Shown here piece after piece: positions 23,808 through 35,800 of a stretch of DNA of 64,000 nt. Where the stretch lies: NCBI GenBank assembly GCA_950097015.1, contig CATNEN010000007.1:11532001-11596000 (forward strand), read 5' to 3'. The translations under genes and the position numbers were made by a program. The stretch is from Macrostomum hystrix. Taxonomy: Eukaryota; Animalia; Platyhelminthes. Each line of letters begins with the position of its first letter. Positions within the stretch are counted from its first letter, which is position 1. The notes under the pieces were generated by a model. That model ran no database searches and had not been told where the DNA came from. It saw nothing but the letters and a program-made list of their open reading frames with translations.

Positions 23808-25124
23808 TCAGGCCTCCTGATCACTCCGCTCAGACGGCAGCAGCGCTCTGCTCGCCTCCTGCCCTTCGGCCTCATGCCAGCCATCCTGCTGCAGCGGGAA
23901 CGCCAGAGGAAACGCTAGCCATTGCGTATAGGCCAGGCAAGCAGGTGACAGCACTAAATCGATGACGTGGTCTAGATGAGCCACAATGACCCAATCGTTC
24001 TCGCTCATTCCAGCGCCTCCGCTAGCAATCCTAGTGACTGCGACACCGACGAACTTTCTAAACAGGCCGGACAGAGTGCAGGCAGAGAAGGTGATGCCGA
24101 CAAGCAGCAGCTTGTGTTGTGTTGTTGAAATAGCATCTAAAAAACAAACTCGTAGAGCGCCACCACGCTGATAGACTCCGATATTCCGGCGAGAAATGAC
24201 GCAGTCCCGAACACACTATACGCAGCTGCTGGTCCCCACGATCCAGCCGTGTTTCCGAGGACCAGGTAGGCGGTGACGCAACTCAGTGAGGCTGCGGCCG
24301 CTGTGGTGACGCCCAACATGATTCGGTGCTGATTTGACGGAAGGCGGATGCAGGGCGCGGCACCCATCACTGCCAGAGAGCAGGCAGCCGCCAAAATGCC
24401 TGCTGTGTTTGCGTTTCGAGTCAGGTTAACCTTCTCTGCCCACGACTGCCACTTGGGCTCTGTCCCGCTATGGTTTAAAGTGGCCGCTAAGTACCGGATC
24501 TCGTAGCGATAATCTGTTACGTGATAATCGTTTAGTTGAGCGACAAAAACTGTAAATACCGCGAGAATTCTCACATACCGCATCAGACGGCTAAGAGTCA
24601 TCTGCTCAAGCTTAGATGGTCCTGGCTCCCCTTGGAGTCTACATGATAAGACCGTGAAAGCTAGAAAGAGACAGACTCCTATGACTGACACCAGGGGGTC
24701 GACTTTCTCGCCCGGAATTCTAATCTTCAGCAGAACTGTGGAGTCTAAAATCAATAAAGCTTGTGAAGCCAAATAGTATAACAGAATGAGCAGCAATGCG
24801 GCTTTTGGGCCCGTTGCTCCAACGAACAAAGCTGTAGAACAGGCCAGATAAAAGCAGGCCATTGTACAGCGGATATGGAATCCAGGATGTATAGTATAAT
24901 TCAGGTCTGCAGGTAAGACCCAGCTTGGTCACGAGGATAACCAGGCATGAGCCAATCGTCATCAAGACGCCTCCGTACCACAGGATGTTCCGGTACTCGA
25001 GTACTTGGCCCAGCAGGCCGCCAACGACTCCCAGTAAGTAGGGCAGGGCTAGGTTAGCAGCAGCGGTGCCACAGGCCATAGCAATTCGTATTGGCGCAGT
25101 GCAGAAAACTGAGCTTTTTATCAT
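23808..25124 (-). pseudogene. POT-like paralog C, near full length, with at least two frameshifts (about 24805 and 24140)
   Basis: PYLLGVVGGLLG, YPLYNGLLLSGLFYSFVR, ISESISVVALYEFVF, QHKLLLVGITF and AYTQWLAFPLAFPL all align with paralog A. A TM1-like remnant may extend to about 25230 in another frame. Confidence 0.85.
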
Positions 25125-26252
25125 GCTGATGAAGTAGCCCAGAATCCCAAGTCTGCGAGCTAATCAGTCTGGTAATATTAAGCAACATGCGAATTTGCGA
25201 AATCTAAAAGTAACAGCTTCCAGAGCGTCAGAGATTATTTTTTGCCTTTAAATTCGTGCTTACTGCGTACACGAGCTCGTGTATTATCCTTGTCAGTAGC
25301 ACATTTGAACACAAGTTCTTGGAACAAAAAGCACTTCGGAAGCCAGGATTTGTTGTGAAAATATGATTTTTAATTGTAATAATTGGGAAGGGTTTTGCTA
25401 AGCATCGCAAAGTGCCAGTACTTGAATTCATCGCATAGTGGGATGATACAGTACGGCTGTCGCTGTTGCACAATAACGCGTGTCCGCAGAGCCTTAATAG
25501 ACCTCGCTGTTTTCCCCTGGGGAGAGACCACGGGGCTATGTCAAATGCCCACTGCCAACTTCACGACAGCTCCCAAGTCAGATGACCGATTTTGGTGAAA
25601 GTCCACCATACGGATCAGGATTTTCCGCCCGATACGATGAACTAACTTTCAAAGCCACATGAAGTCAGCATCGTCCAGATATTCAGCGTTTCTTGTCGAA
25701 GACCCTGGTAACAAGGAGAACCAACATTGCTCCGTATAAACCTCTGGCAAGTCCATTTTAACTCAATATGAGAATTAACTATATGAATCAATACAATATA
25801 ATCAATAATACAAGCCGACATGGTTACATTTTGAAATTTGGCGAGCAGAAAAACGATGCCCGTTTTGGTTGTTTTTGCCACCTGAACCCGACGAGACCAG
25901 GGCGCTCATTATTAACTCATGAGCTCAGCATCTCAACGATGCCGATGTTTGGTGATTCTGAAAGCTGTTTTATCGGATAGAGCGGAGAACCTTGTGTGCT
26001 CGATTTTCATGGCGATTGGCTAAATATTTTGGCAAATGCAAAAATAAGAAAAATGTGGGCATTTGGAATCCCTCGTGGTCTCTCTACTGTTAAAGCTTCA
26101 ACAAACTATGACTCAACCAACCATTGTCGAATAATATCTGAGCTGAAACATCTGCCAGGTAGACTATGCAGGTCTTTGTGGTCAGTTCTAGTTAGCTGCT
26201 ATAACAAAATGTCGAAAACGTTTTCCCGTACACTTGCACGCTTCTGTCATAG

Positions 26253-29200
26253 TCAGAGCTGGTGCGGCTCCTTGGGGCTGTGAGCCCCGCCGGCATTGTC
26301 CGCGCCACCTTCGCCACCCTCACCGCCGAGCCCCTGTGCCTGGTGCTGCAGCTCCAGGGTGCAGCGACGAGATGCGCTGGTCATGTCCGCATACTTCGGA
26401 TGCCGGGCCGTGAAGTACCAGGCCAGAAAGAAGAAGGCGCAGGCGGGTACCAAGGCGGCGGTGGTGAAGCCGACAAACGAGTAGCGGAAGCGCTGTGTGT
26501 CGAAGAACAGGCAGGTCCGCTTGTAGCTGGGCCGCGGGTCGTAGAACAGGCAGGCTCGGTCGAACAGGTGGCCAACGAACGGTGGAACCCAGATGCCTGG
26601 GAGAACAGGGAATGGAAAGCTATTTGCGTGACCCAGAGGAGAAAGGACATAAGGCCATGAGCAGTGAGCAAACCCAGCTGCCCACCTCCCAGACTGAACA
26701 TGAAGGAAGTGACACCCAAGCCGAGCGCCTTGTCCCGAGGCCGCACGCAGCGCAGCTGCAGCACCGCCTCCTGTGATCGGGCACTCAGGCGCACCAGCTT
26801 GATGAGGGTGAACACAGCCACGAACGCGTAAACGCTTGAGCTGCACTCGTCTGAGCAGAGTAGGTTGCTACGCAGCCGCAGTTGGGACAGCGGGAAGCTG
26901 TCCACGGCCCCTGTGCTCAAGGCGGCAGTGCTGTTGTATACGCAGGAGCAGGACACGTTGCCGCGGTTCTGCGATTGAGAAAGTGAAAATTGGAAAGCTA
27001 AAATTGAAGAGTTTAGCTTTGTAGAGCCATTCAATTCCTGCTGACTTACCACGTGGCAGTTGGCGGCGCACGGGCTGAAGAAGTTCCGACCGTCGATGCA
27101 GATTGGCTTGAAGGCAGCGGCGCTGCAGTTGCAGCCTGAACGGAAGGCTGACAGCTGGGAGAGGCCCGTATCACCGCTAGCCATACAATCGGGGATAAAG
27201 CTGCGACTTCTGTATAAATATGCGTAAATCCTCGTTAGATTTGTGATGACTTTCGCGGGATATTTCTCCGAAATTCTCCCCCAATCTCCCAATTTGCCAA
27301 AGTTCAGTTTCACAGCCACGAGAATCTCACAGTCCGCCAGCCGGGAAGCCTCCAACCAGCTCCACCCGCGGGCAGGCGAACAGGAAGCCGACGGATGCGG
27401 CCAGCACGCCGAAGCAGTTGACGCAGGCGTGAAATTTGGCCAGCTGGGGCACCCGCCAGTTGACGCTGGCGGCGACGCAGCTGCTGATGAGGATGCCAAG
27501 CACGTTGGCCCCAGGACCAGCAATCCCAGCCAGGACTGCTGCCTCCCCGCTGGGGATGCGGAAGTGAAGCTCGAGGTACTTCACCATGTAGGCTATGATG
27601 CAGTTGATCTCCAAGAACTCGAACATGTTGCCGCACATGAGGCACACGTACACGGGGTTGCTTAGCAACCGTTTGAGAGAGCCGAGGAAGCCGCGAAGGC
27701 TATTCGGGGCAGCCTCACCTGGGGCGGCATCCGCGCTTTGTTCTTTACGACGCCCAGAGGAGCGCTTGGCGCCAAGGCGGAGGGCAACGCGGCAGAGCAG
27801 GCCGCCGCCGCCGGAACGGCTTTCGCCGGCCGCCCGTCGTCGGTACTTCTCGGCGTTAAATCGCGGCCTGGCTGGGAACAGCAGCATCGGCAGGCATAGG
27901 AGCAGCGACAGAAGGCCGACCGCGACGAAGCCCAGCCACCAGGCCGGGATGTAGGTGGAGCTGGCGCGTTCGCGGGGATCCGACGGGACCAGCTGCTCCG
28001 TGAAGCGGACGAACACCTTGGATTGCGTTTAGATCTTTGTACTCGAAATGCTTTAGACACCGTCATTCAACTTTGCTTGAGTCAATCCTAAAGTACACCT
28101 AATTCATTCAGTCAAATGTAATTAAGTTACCTAAGATCTGCTTCAACCTGTCCTACCTTGCCGTAGAGCTGGTAGCCAAGAGTCGGCGAGAGAATTTTCG
28201 CTGCGATCACGAGGCCAATAAAAACGCCCGAGAAGTCGCCGGTGATATCATCAATGAAGGCGACGCCCAGATTGAAATATGGCGCCACCGACAGGCCCTC
28301 CACGAAGCCGGAGATCAGGAACAGGCCCAGCGCCACCGAGGACTCGAGCCGGGTGTCCTGGCTGTCCGCATTAGGTGCGCCTCTTCGAACTTCCGAGGAG
28401 TTGTTGCCTGGCCCCGAAGCGGCAGGACAGACGAATCCAAGCTGCTGTGCGGCCGAAGCCCCTGCGGCCTCGTCTGCTGGCGATGGCGCAGCGCCGAACA
28501 GAAAATGCGGCAGGGCGAACAGCAGAGCCGACAGGCCGTAGCCGAAGCAGCTGAAGGCCAGCAGCCGCGGTCTGTGGCCTGTGCACAAATTCAAGAGAAA
28601 GATGAGAGAGGATGAAGCACTTGCCCGTAAGCATCGAGCAGCTAGCTGGCGCCATTCATCAAATGGATGGATGGAAGATTTTAATAATTCTAAATTCGTC
28701 GTTAAGGTACAGCTAGCTACTCATAGTAGCGAAAATGGAATCTTAATCTAATCATAGAGAGTGAAGGAAAAAGAACTCGATGGTCACGCTGAGCAAGTGA
28801 AACTTCGGAGTGAGGGCCTAGGACTGAGGTCGCTTTGAGTTGCTGAGTACGACTAGCAGACGGCGACGGTAGCTGGTGGAAGTTTGGTTGAATAATATTT
28901 TGCTCTGTGACATGACAGGGAACTAAGGCCCTTCAGACGGCAAATCCAAAAAGTACAAATTACCCAGCGATCCAAAGTAGGAGACGAGGAGGACGCTGGG
29001 CAGGTACACCAGGTCGTTAGCCATGAGCACCAGGGCGGACGTGGCCGAGTCAAAGTTGAAGCGGCGCTCGAGCTTGGTTAGGCTGGCTGACTTCAGCGAG
29101 CTTTGCAGGCCGCCGCACAGGCCGAACAGAGTCAGCAGGGCCAGGAACAGCTCGAACTGGTTGAGCCGGCGCAGGCAGCGGCTGCGGAGGAGCCAGCAGC

Positions 29201-31206
29201 CGCAGTCACCGCTGTCGCTATCATTGGCTGCGGCAGGCGGAGTGTCAGATAGGTTGCCTGCGCGGGTTGTAGAGACAATGCTTTCGTTTTGCTGCAGTCG
29301 CTGCTAATAATAGGCAAGGGCTCCTACAACACCCTAGCAATCTGATCCCAGTTCCTGTTGCAGTCGCTGCTAATAATAGGCAAGGGCTCCTACAACACAC
29401 TAGCAATCTGATCCCAGTTCCTGTTGCAGTCGCTGCTAATAATAGGCAAGGGCTCCTACAACACACTAGCAATCTGATCCCAGTTCCTGTTGCAGTCGCT
29501 GCTAATAATAGGCAAGGGCTCCTACAACACACTAGCAATCTGATCCCAGTTCCTGTTGCAGTCGCTGCTAATAATAGGCAAGGGCTCCTACAACACACTA
29601 GCAATCTGATCCCAGTTCCTGTTGCAGTCGCTGCTAATAATAGGCAAGGGCTCCTACAACACACTAGCAATCTGATCCCAGTTCCTGTTGCAGTCGCTGC
29701 TAATAATAGGCAAGGGCTCCTACAACACACTAGCAATCTGATCCTAGTTCCTGTTGCAGTCGCTGCTAATAATAGGCAAGGGCTCCTACAACACACTAGC
29801 AATCTGATCCCAGTTCCTGTTGCAGTCGCTGCTAATAATAGGCAAGGGCTCCTACAACACACTAGCAATCTGATCCCAGTTCCTGTTGCAGTCGCTGCTA
29901 ATAATAGGCAAGGGCTCCTACAACACACTAGCAATCTGATCCCAGTTCCTGTTGCAGTCGCTGCTAATAATAGGCAAGGGCTCCTACAACACACTAGCAA
30001 TCTGATCCCAGTTCCTGTTGCAGTCGCTGCTAATAATAGGCAAGGGCTCCTACAACACACTAGCAATCTGATCCCAGTTCCTGTTGCAGTCGCTGCTAAT
30101 AATAGGCAAGGGCTCCTACAACACACTAGCAATCTGATCCCAGTTCCTGTTGAAGATTATCTTATCGATTTCTAAGCGTTTGTGAGGTCAATTAAGATTT
30201 TGTAACACTTTCTTTTAGAATAATTTGCCTCCAGCTTGTTCATCATGAAGAGAATCATTGTGCAGTGAAAAAAGGTTTTCTTCAGTTCAGTTTTGTCAGC
30301 TGCTTAAATTCGCGCCGATGTCTGTCTAATTGAATGTTCTGGACACTTCCGTTATCACTCTTCACTGAAAGATGTTCCTGCTTGACGCAGAATGTTAAAC
30401 CCGTAATAAAGATTACCAGAGGGCGGCAGCCTCGCCAAGAGAATTTCCCATCTATCAAGGCTCCTTCATCGGGTCGAGGGCCCCGCAGCGCATTTTTGGC
30501 ATTTTTCCTCTTGTCGATGCCGGCGGATCGCTAAGCATGGAAACCAAACAAATGGAACAGCGGCGAGTGCGCAGATGCCTGAGGGAACATGCTGCAGCAA
30601 AGGCGGAAAGCAGAACTGGAGAGAGGAGGGCAGCGTGCGGCCTCCCTGTATTCAGCGTTTGCACGGAAGGACTAGCAGGATTATCCGGGTGGGTTCAATG
30701 CTTGGTGCTAGAGGGCAGTCCACAATGCCCTAGCAGTGTACCCAACCCTGCTGACTGCAAAAGTGCATTTGATTTGCGGGATATCGTTTACGAAGTGATG
30801 GGGAAAACTAGTTCACCCTGGGAGCTGCAGACATTTCTGCCCCAGATACTTTGATATGAAGCTGATCCAGCTGCAAGTAATAGTGTTTCTTCCGCAATTC
30901 ATCTCTTTGAGGTCCAACGATCGCTGAAGTATTTCAACCACTTAAATATACAGTTCGGGGGCAAGTACAAGCTATTTAATGGCACCCACTCACTCACCAA
31001 CAAGCAGCACCTTTTTATTTAATGGCACCTACTCACTCACCAACAAGCAGCACCTCAGTATTCAGAGGAGTCGCGATGTCCTCTGCCTCAGCTTCCTCCT
31101 CGGCGCCAGCATCAATGTCCTCGAATTTGTCGGCCGCAGTCAGGAAGCTGACCAGCTCCTCGTCCTTCATCGCCCTGTCGGACTTGGACTCGCGACGGTT
31201 GCTCAT
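26253..31206 (-). CDS. SLCO: Organic anion transporting polypeptide (OATP/SLCO family). Predicted exons: 31206-31041, 29257-28964, 28578-28157, 28016-27331, about 27210-27175, 27135-27050, 26968-26686, 26596-26253
   Basis: LERRF..VSYFG, GHRPR..LFALPHF, GVAFIDD, PAWWLGF, Kazal-like CNC..PIC.DG..FSPC..NC, LRCV..DKALGLG and LFDRAC..C.FFD..FR. All introns are GT-AG with matching phases. The exon-1 linkage and the 39-nt intron are inferred. Confidence 0.93.
29294..30151. repeat. 66-bp minisatellite, 13 near-identical copies, in SLCO intron 1
   Basis: Unit GCAGTCGCTGCTAATAATAGGCAAGGGCTCCTACAACACACTAGCAATCTGATCCCAGTTCCTGTT. Confidence 0.97.
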
Positions 31207-32880
31207 TTCCGACCTGGAGCACCTGAGCTGTGCGAGGCTTTCAGCACCGACTGCACTCTGGGCCCAACCGCCAGCAGAGCGGCACACTTATGGCGCATTC
31301 TTCGGAGACCTCAGCTCAGGCAGACTGGCTGCCAGCCAATAGCAGCCGGGGTTGCACAGCCTGACAGCTGGCAGAGAGAGCGAAGGAGCAGGAAAGAAGG
31401 GCCTGGCAAGCCAGAAGAGAAAGTGGTGTTAGCTTAGAATTGATTACCTACCTCAGAGAGTCGGAGTGAACGCAGCTATTATACATGGCATGGGGTGGGC
31501 GCCGAGCTCACGGGCCGCTGCGGGACAAGATAATGCTTTCTGCGGCAGGATGGCGAAGCGAGAGCTGTGGGCGGGGCGCCGAGCAAGCTAGGAAGTGCGG
31601 GCAAGCGGACCGAGTTGTGCGGCAGCATCAATGAATAGAAATGAAAACGAGAGCTGCCTTCAAGTTCATCAATCACTCGGGCCATCCATCCACCAGCTGC
31701 TCGCTGCCTGTCAGCTGTGCATGCTGTTCAATCTCTGCGATCGCACACACTCAGCAGTCTACTCCAGTGAGTAGTGAGTGAGTAGCGTGTGCATTGCAGG
31801 GAAGCAATCCGGCCACCTCCAGGCCGCGCAGCGATCATTTTTCCCAAGCGACTGGCCGATCGATGAATGACAGGCTCGGCTTTCATGAGTCCCAACAGGC
31901 CGGGCCAATCAGCCTGCAGCACCCGCTCTGACTCCCCTTTCCCAGGAGGCAGCGGCGGAGGACAGTAATTAGCACTGGGGCCGCCGCGCTCCTCTTTTGC
32001 ATCCGGGCATCGACCCGGCATTTACAGAGGCGGGCAAGGGGCTCGCAAGGAAAGGAGAGACAACAGCGGGCGGGAGGAAGGAGGGAAAAGCGCCCGGGAA
32101 CTCGCAGCTTCAGCAGTTTCATTCTGCGCTTCTCCAAGAGGGAATAATCCAACACAGATTTTGATTTGCCATGCCGGCAAAGAATGAGATGATTCTGTGA
32201 ATGTCAGGGTCATCTAGCTTCCAGATCTCTTCTCACTGCTATAGTTCGAACACGCCAATCCACAACACTTGAAAGTCAGAAAAGCAAAACTGCAGTTGTT
32301 TGTACTGTTGGAAAGCTTTATTGAAAACATTTGAACTGCTTGAAGCAACGGGGGGCCTGACAGCTGGGCGAGCAAAGTTCCTGGGTTGGGCGATTTCCAT
32401 CCCAGTGTCTGGCTTGAATTCGATTTTCCGATCTGCGGATCTCCAGAGGCGTCGATAAAAGACGAATGTTGGGGCGCTGAGAAATCACTTGAGCCCTACA
32501 GTCACGGAGATCAGAACTGTGGGACTGTACTAAGGTGCCACTGGATTCGCATTTGTCTATTGTCATGTGTCAAGGGCTTATCTGTTTATTAAGACGATTG
32601 TCTCTTTTATCGCTCAAAAGGTTTCATGGTCTCAGGTGATTCGTGTGGGGAATTGCTTAGCTGGTATGGGGCTAGAAAAGATGGCTAGCATTTCTGTTTA
32701 GGCGCGTTGTTTGTCGAGCGATCAATCGCTAACAGCCTAGCGGGGAATGTAGTTCTGATCTCCGGGTTCGCTGGGTGGGCGGTGCTCCAGGCAGCTGGTG
32801 AGCAAGGCCTATGCGGGGGGCTGGTCAGTGAGTGCTCTGGTGGGCTGTGCTGGCAGACGGCAGGCCTGGAGTCTTTGCCG

Positions 32881-35800
32881 TCACTTGTGCGCCAACGGCG
32901 GCATCAGGCGGTGCCAGCGGGCCGAGGCGCCCTTGGACTTGAGCATGTTCCACCAGTGCTGGTACTCCTGCCCGCCAGTGTCGGGGCCCAGGTAAACCCG
33001 GCCCATCTCCGTGCTGCTGAGGACGCCCTCGTGGCAGACGGTGATCTCCAGGCCGCCAGACCGCAGGTCGTCCTCGGCGACGCCGTTGAAGACCAGCGCC
33101 TCCTCCCAGACCGGGTTGCCGGCCATCTTGCAGTTGGAACTTTTCTTCCGTTTGGTCTTCCTGCCGCCCCGCATGGACAGCGTCACCCGGACCGTGGCAT
33201 CTGCGGGCCGGTCGGAGGAGCACGATATTAACTTTTGTTGCTGCATCCATGACATGCCATGACATGCCATGACATGACATGACATGACATGACATGACAT
33301 ATACTTCAAATAAGATCCTCACTCTGAGCTCACTTTGCAGGGGCCGGTCCTTTGCCAGGTCGCGCAGATTCCGGGCCTTGATGATGGACACGCTGAGCCT
33401 CTTGGCAGCCGGCAGGTAGGACAGCGAGAACATCAGGTCACCGATCTTGTGCTCCTGGAAGCGATTGCCAGAAATCCTGTGCGGTTACTGTTGACTGACG
33501 GAGAGCAAAACGGGAACAAAATCAAAACAGGCAATAAAAGCACATTCGATTATCTCCCGCACTGAGGAGAACTGTGTTGTGACTTGACTCGCCATGTTTT
33601 ATTCAGCGTCCGTCTGCCCCCAGAGCGGAGACACGCGAGCTGCAGCTCCGTACATCACCGGCTCCCGAGGGAGCCGCGGCTGCCGAGATGCCACGGCCGA
33701 GATGCCACATGCCCAGTGAGGCATGATGATAATGAAGTGAAACACGAAATCATGAGCGATGATGAGTGACAGATCAACAGCAAACAGGTCTGTCTTTATG
33801 AGGGTGGAGCTGCGCAGAGGCAGTGATGGGGGCTATCAATTACCACACAACCGACTTTCATAGTTTGTAGGGCCCATGAAATTAGGTACGCAGGCCTAAG
33901 ACTTTGAAGATGTTAGTACAAGCAACAACTGCAGCAAGTATTTCACCTGCATGAATTAATTACCCATGTAATTTTATGTTTCTTACGTAAGCAGAAACAA
34001 CAAGCAGAATTACAGTAAACAAACACAGCTAGGCTTCTACTTAAAAACTATAAAACGTTTTACATGTGAGCTTAAAGGTGGGATCAGTAGAATCAACTCT
34101 ATTTGATGTGAGCTTGAGGTGTGCAACTTATCGACTACTGCCTGGCTGCTCCCGACGAAACCCAATCCTCTTCAGAGCATATGGGTGTGGTTTGCCATTG
34201 ATCTCGAGGCAGTAGGGGCCTCACCATTCTCAACTGGCCTAGTGCAGTGCTTGATGCTTGTGTCATTATGAGTGTAGACCTGCGTGATTTTCTAGGCTGA
34301 ACCTCAGCAACAGGCTTATCGGTTTGGGGCCATCTTCCAACTCCGATCATTGCCATCCGCATGCGGAGTGTTTGGGTGGTGATGTCTAACGATGCCATCA
34401 TGGTGCCTCATCACCTTCCTCTGACGCACTTGTAATATAATTCTAGCTTTTACACCTCTCTCCCTCTTTTACAGCCTTGAGGTGGTTGCTAATATCGATC
34501 GTGTCGCAGTTCCTCCACTTCTCTCCCTCTTGTACAGTGCTTGGGGTGGTTGCTAATATCGATCGTGTCGCAGTTCCTCCACTTCTCTCCCTCTTGTACA
34601 GTGCTTGGGGTGGTTGCTAATATCGATCGTGTCGCAGTTCCTCCACTTCTCTCCCTCTTGTACAGTGCTTGGGGTGGTTGCTAATATCGATCGTGTCGCA
34701 GTTCCTCCACTTCTCTCCCTCTTGTATAGTGCTTGGGGTGGTTGCTAATATCGATCGTCTTGCATTTTCCAACTCCTCCAACCTTCAATTATCGGTCACT
34801 TTGCTTTCCCCTTTTGCTTTCTAGCAGCTGTTCAATCTGGAGTGAACTGTAAAAGCGCTGTCAATCTGTGCCTTACCGGGTCCGGGTCTTTTTCAACCGC
34901 TGACAGGCCTTTCCACAGCAATTGTCGCTCGCTGAACTCGGCGTCAGACAACGGCAGCTTCACCTGGCCCAGGCAGTCGTCCAGTGAGCAAGGATCATAG
35001 TCGAACACGGTGATCTCTAACACGCTCCAGTTCAGGTCCTGGGGCTTCACCTCGAAGATGAACTCCTCCTCGATTTCCGGGTTGAGCGTCTTTTTGTGGA
35101 TCTTGGTGGTGGTCTGCGTCTTGCGGTTGGGCAGCACGGCCACCCGGCAGTAGGGATTGGCGAGGCCGCAGGAGCTGTCCTTCGGCTGCAGCTCGATGGC
35201 CTGGATGACCCGCACGGTCAAGATTCCCGTCTCCTCCTTGTAGGCCACGGAGAAGTTCAGCTGGCCAAGGTTCTCCTCCTGGATGCTCTGGATGGTGGCG
35301 TTGGCCTGGTTATACTGGGGTGAGACAAGGTGACCGAGTGAGTACAATTCTAAGAGAAAACTCTGACTCAAAGTCACTCGTTCTTAACGCTAATAGCTGG
35401 CTTTCTCGGAAGTTTGAAACTCAAGCTGACACTGTTTGACTAGAAACGTTCAGTTTAAGTCTTTACTCAAAGTCAAAGTCCGCTGATTCAGTCGAGCTCA
35501 CAGACTTGACGCTCGGTGAGCAAATATTTGACTTTACCTGGGAGACCCGGCATTCGGTTTCAATAAGGCTGGCCTGATCTAATTATACTAATTGTGCCCC
35601 GCTGAGTTACGACCCCTGTGAGCAGACTTAGCCGATATTCCCTTCCCTCATACAAGTCCTCACACAAGCCCTTCTCTCTCCTTGCAGTCACACCTCGCCT
35701 TCAGAAGCGCCGCTCAGTGCGAGCCAGCGTCTCGTTATCCTCTCACCATCCCCACTCCTTGCAAATCTTCCTTCAGCCATCACTTTCTCGCCTCCATCGT

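Noticed and set aside
29245-30132. 295-aa repeat ORF, and the idea that the 66-bp unit is an amplified splice acceptor
   Set aside because: The ORF is a 3n repeat artefact. A better phase-1 acceptor (acccgcgcAG at 29258) lies outside the array and fits exon 1.
33567-33850. Intronic C/D snoRNA (ATGATGA motifs) or solo LTR
   Set aside because: The motifs are antisense to the host gene with no terminal CTGA/stem. The TGTG..CACA ends lack a TSD.
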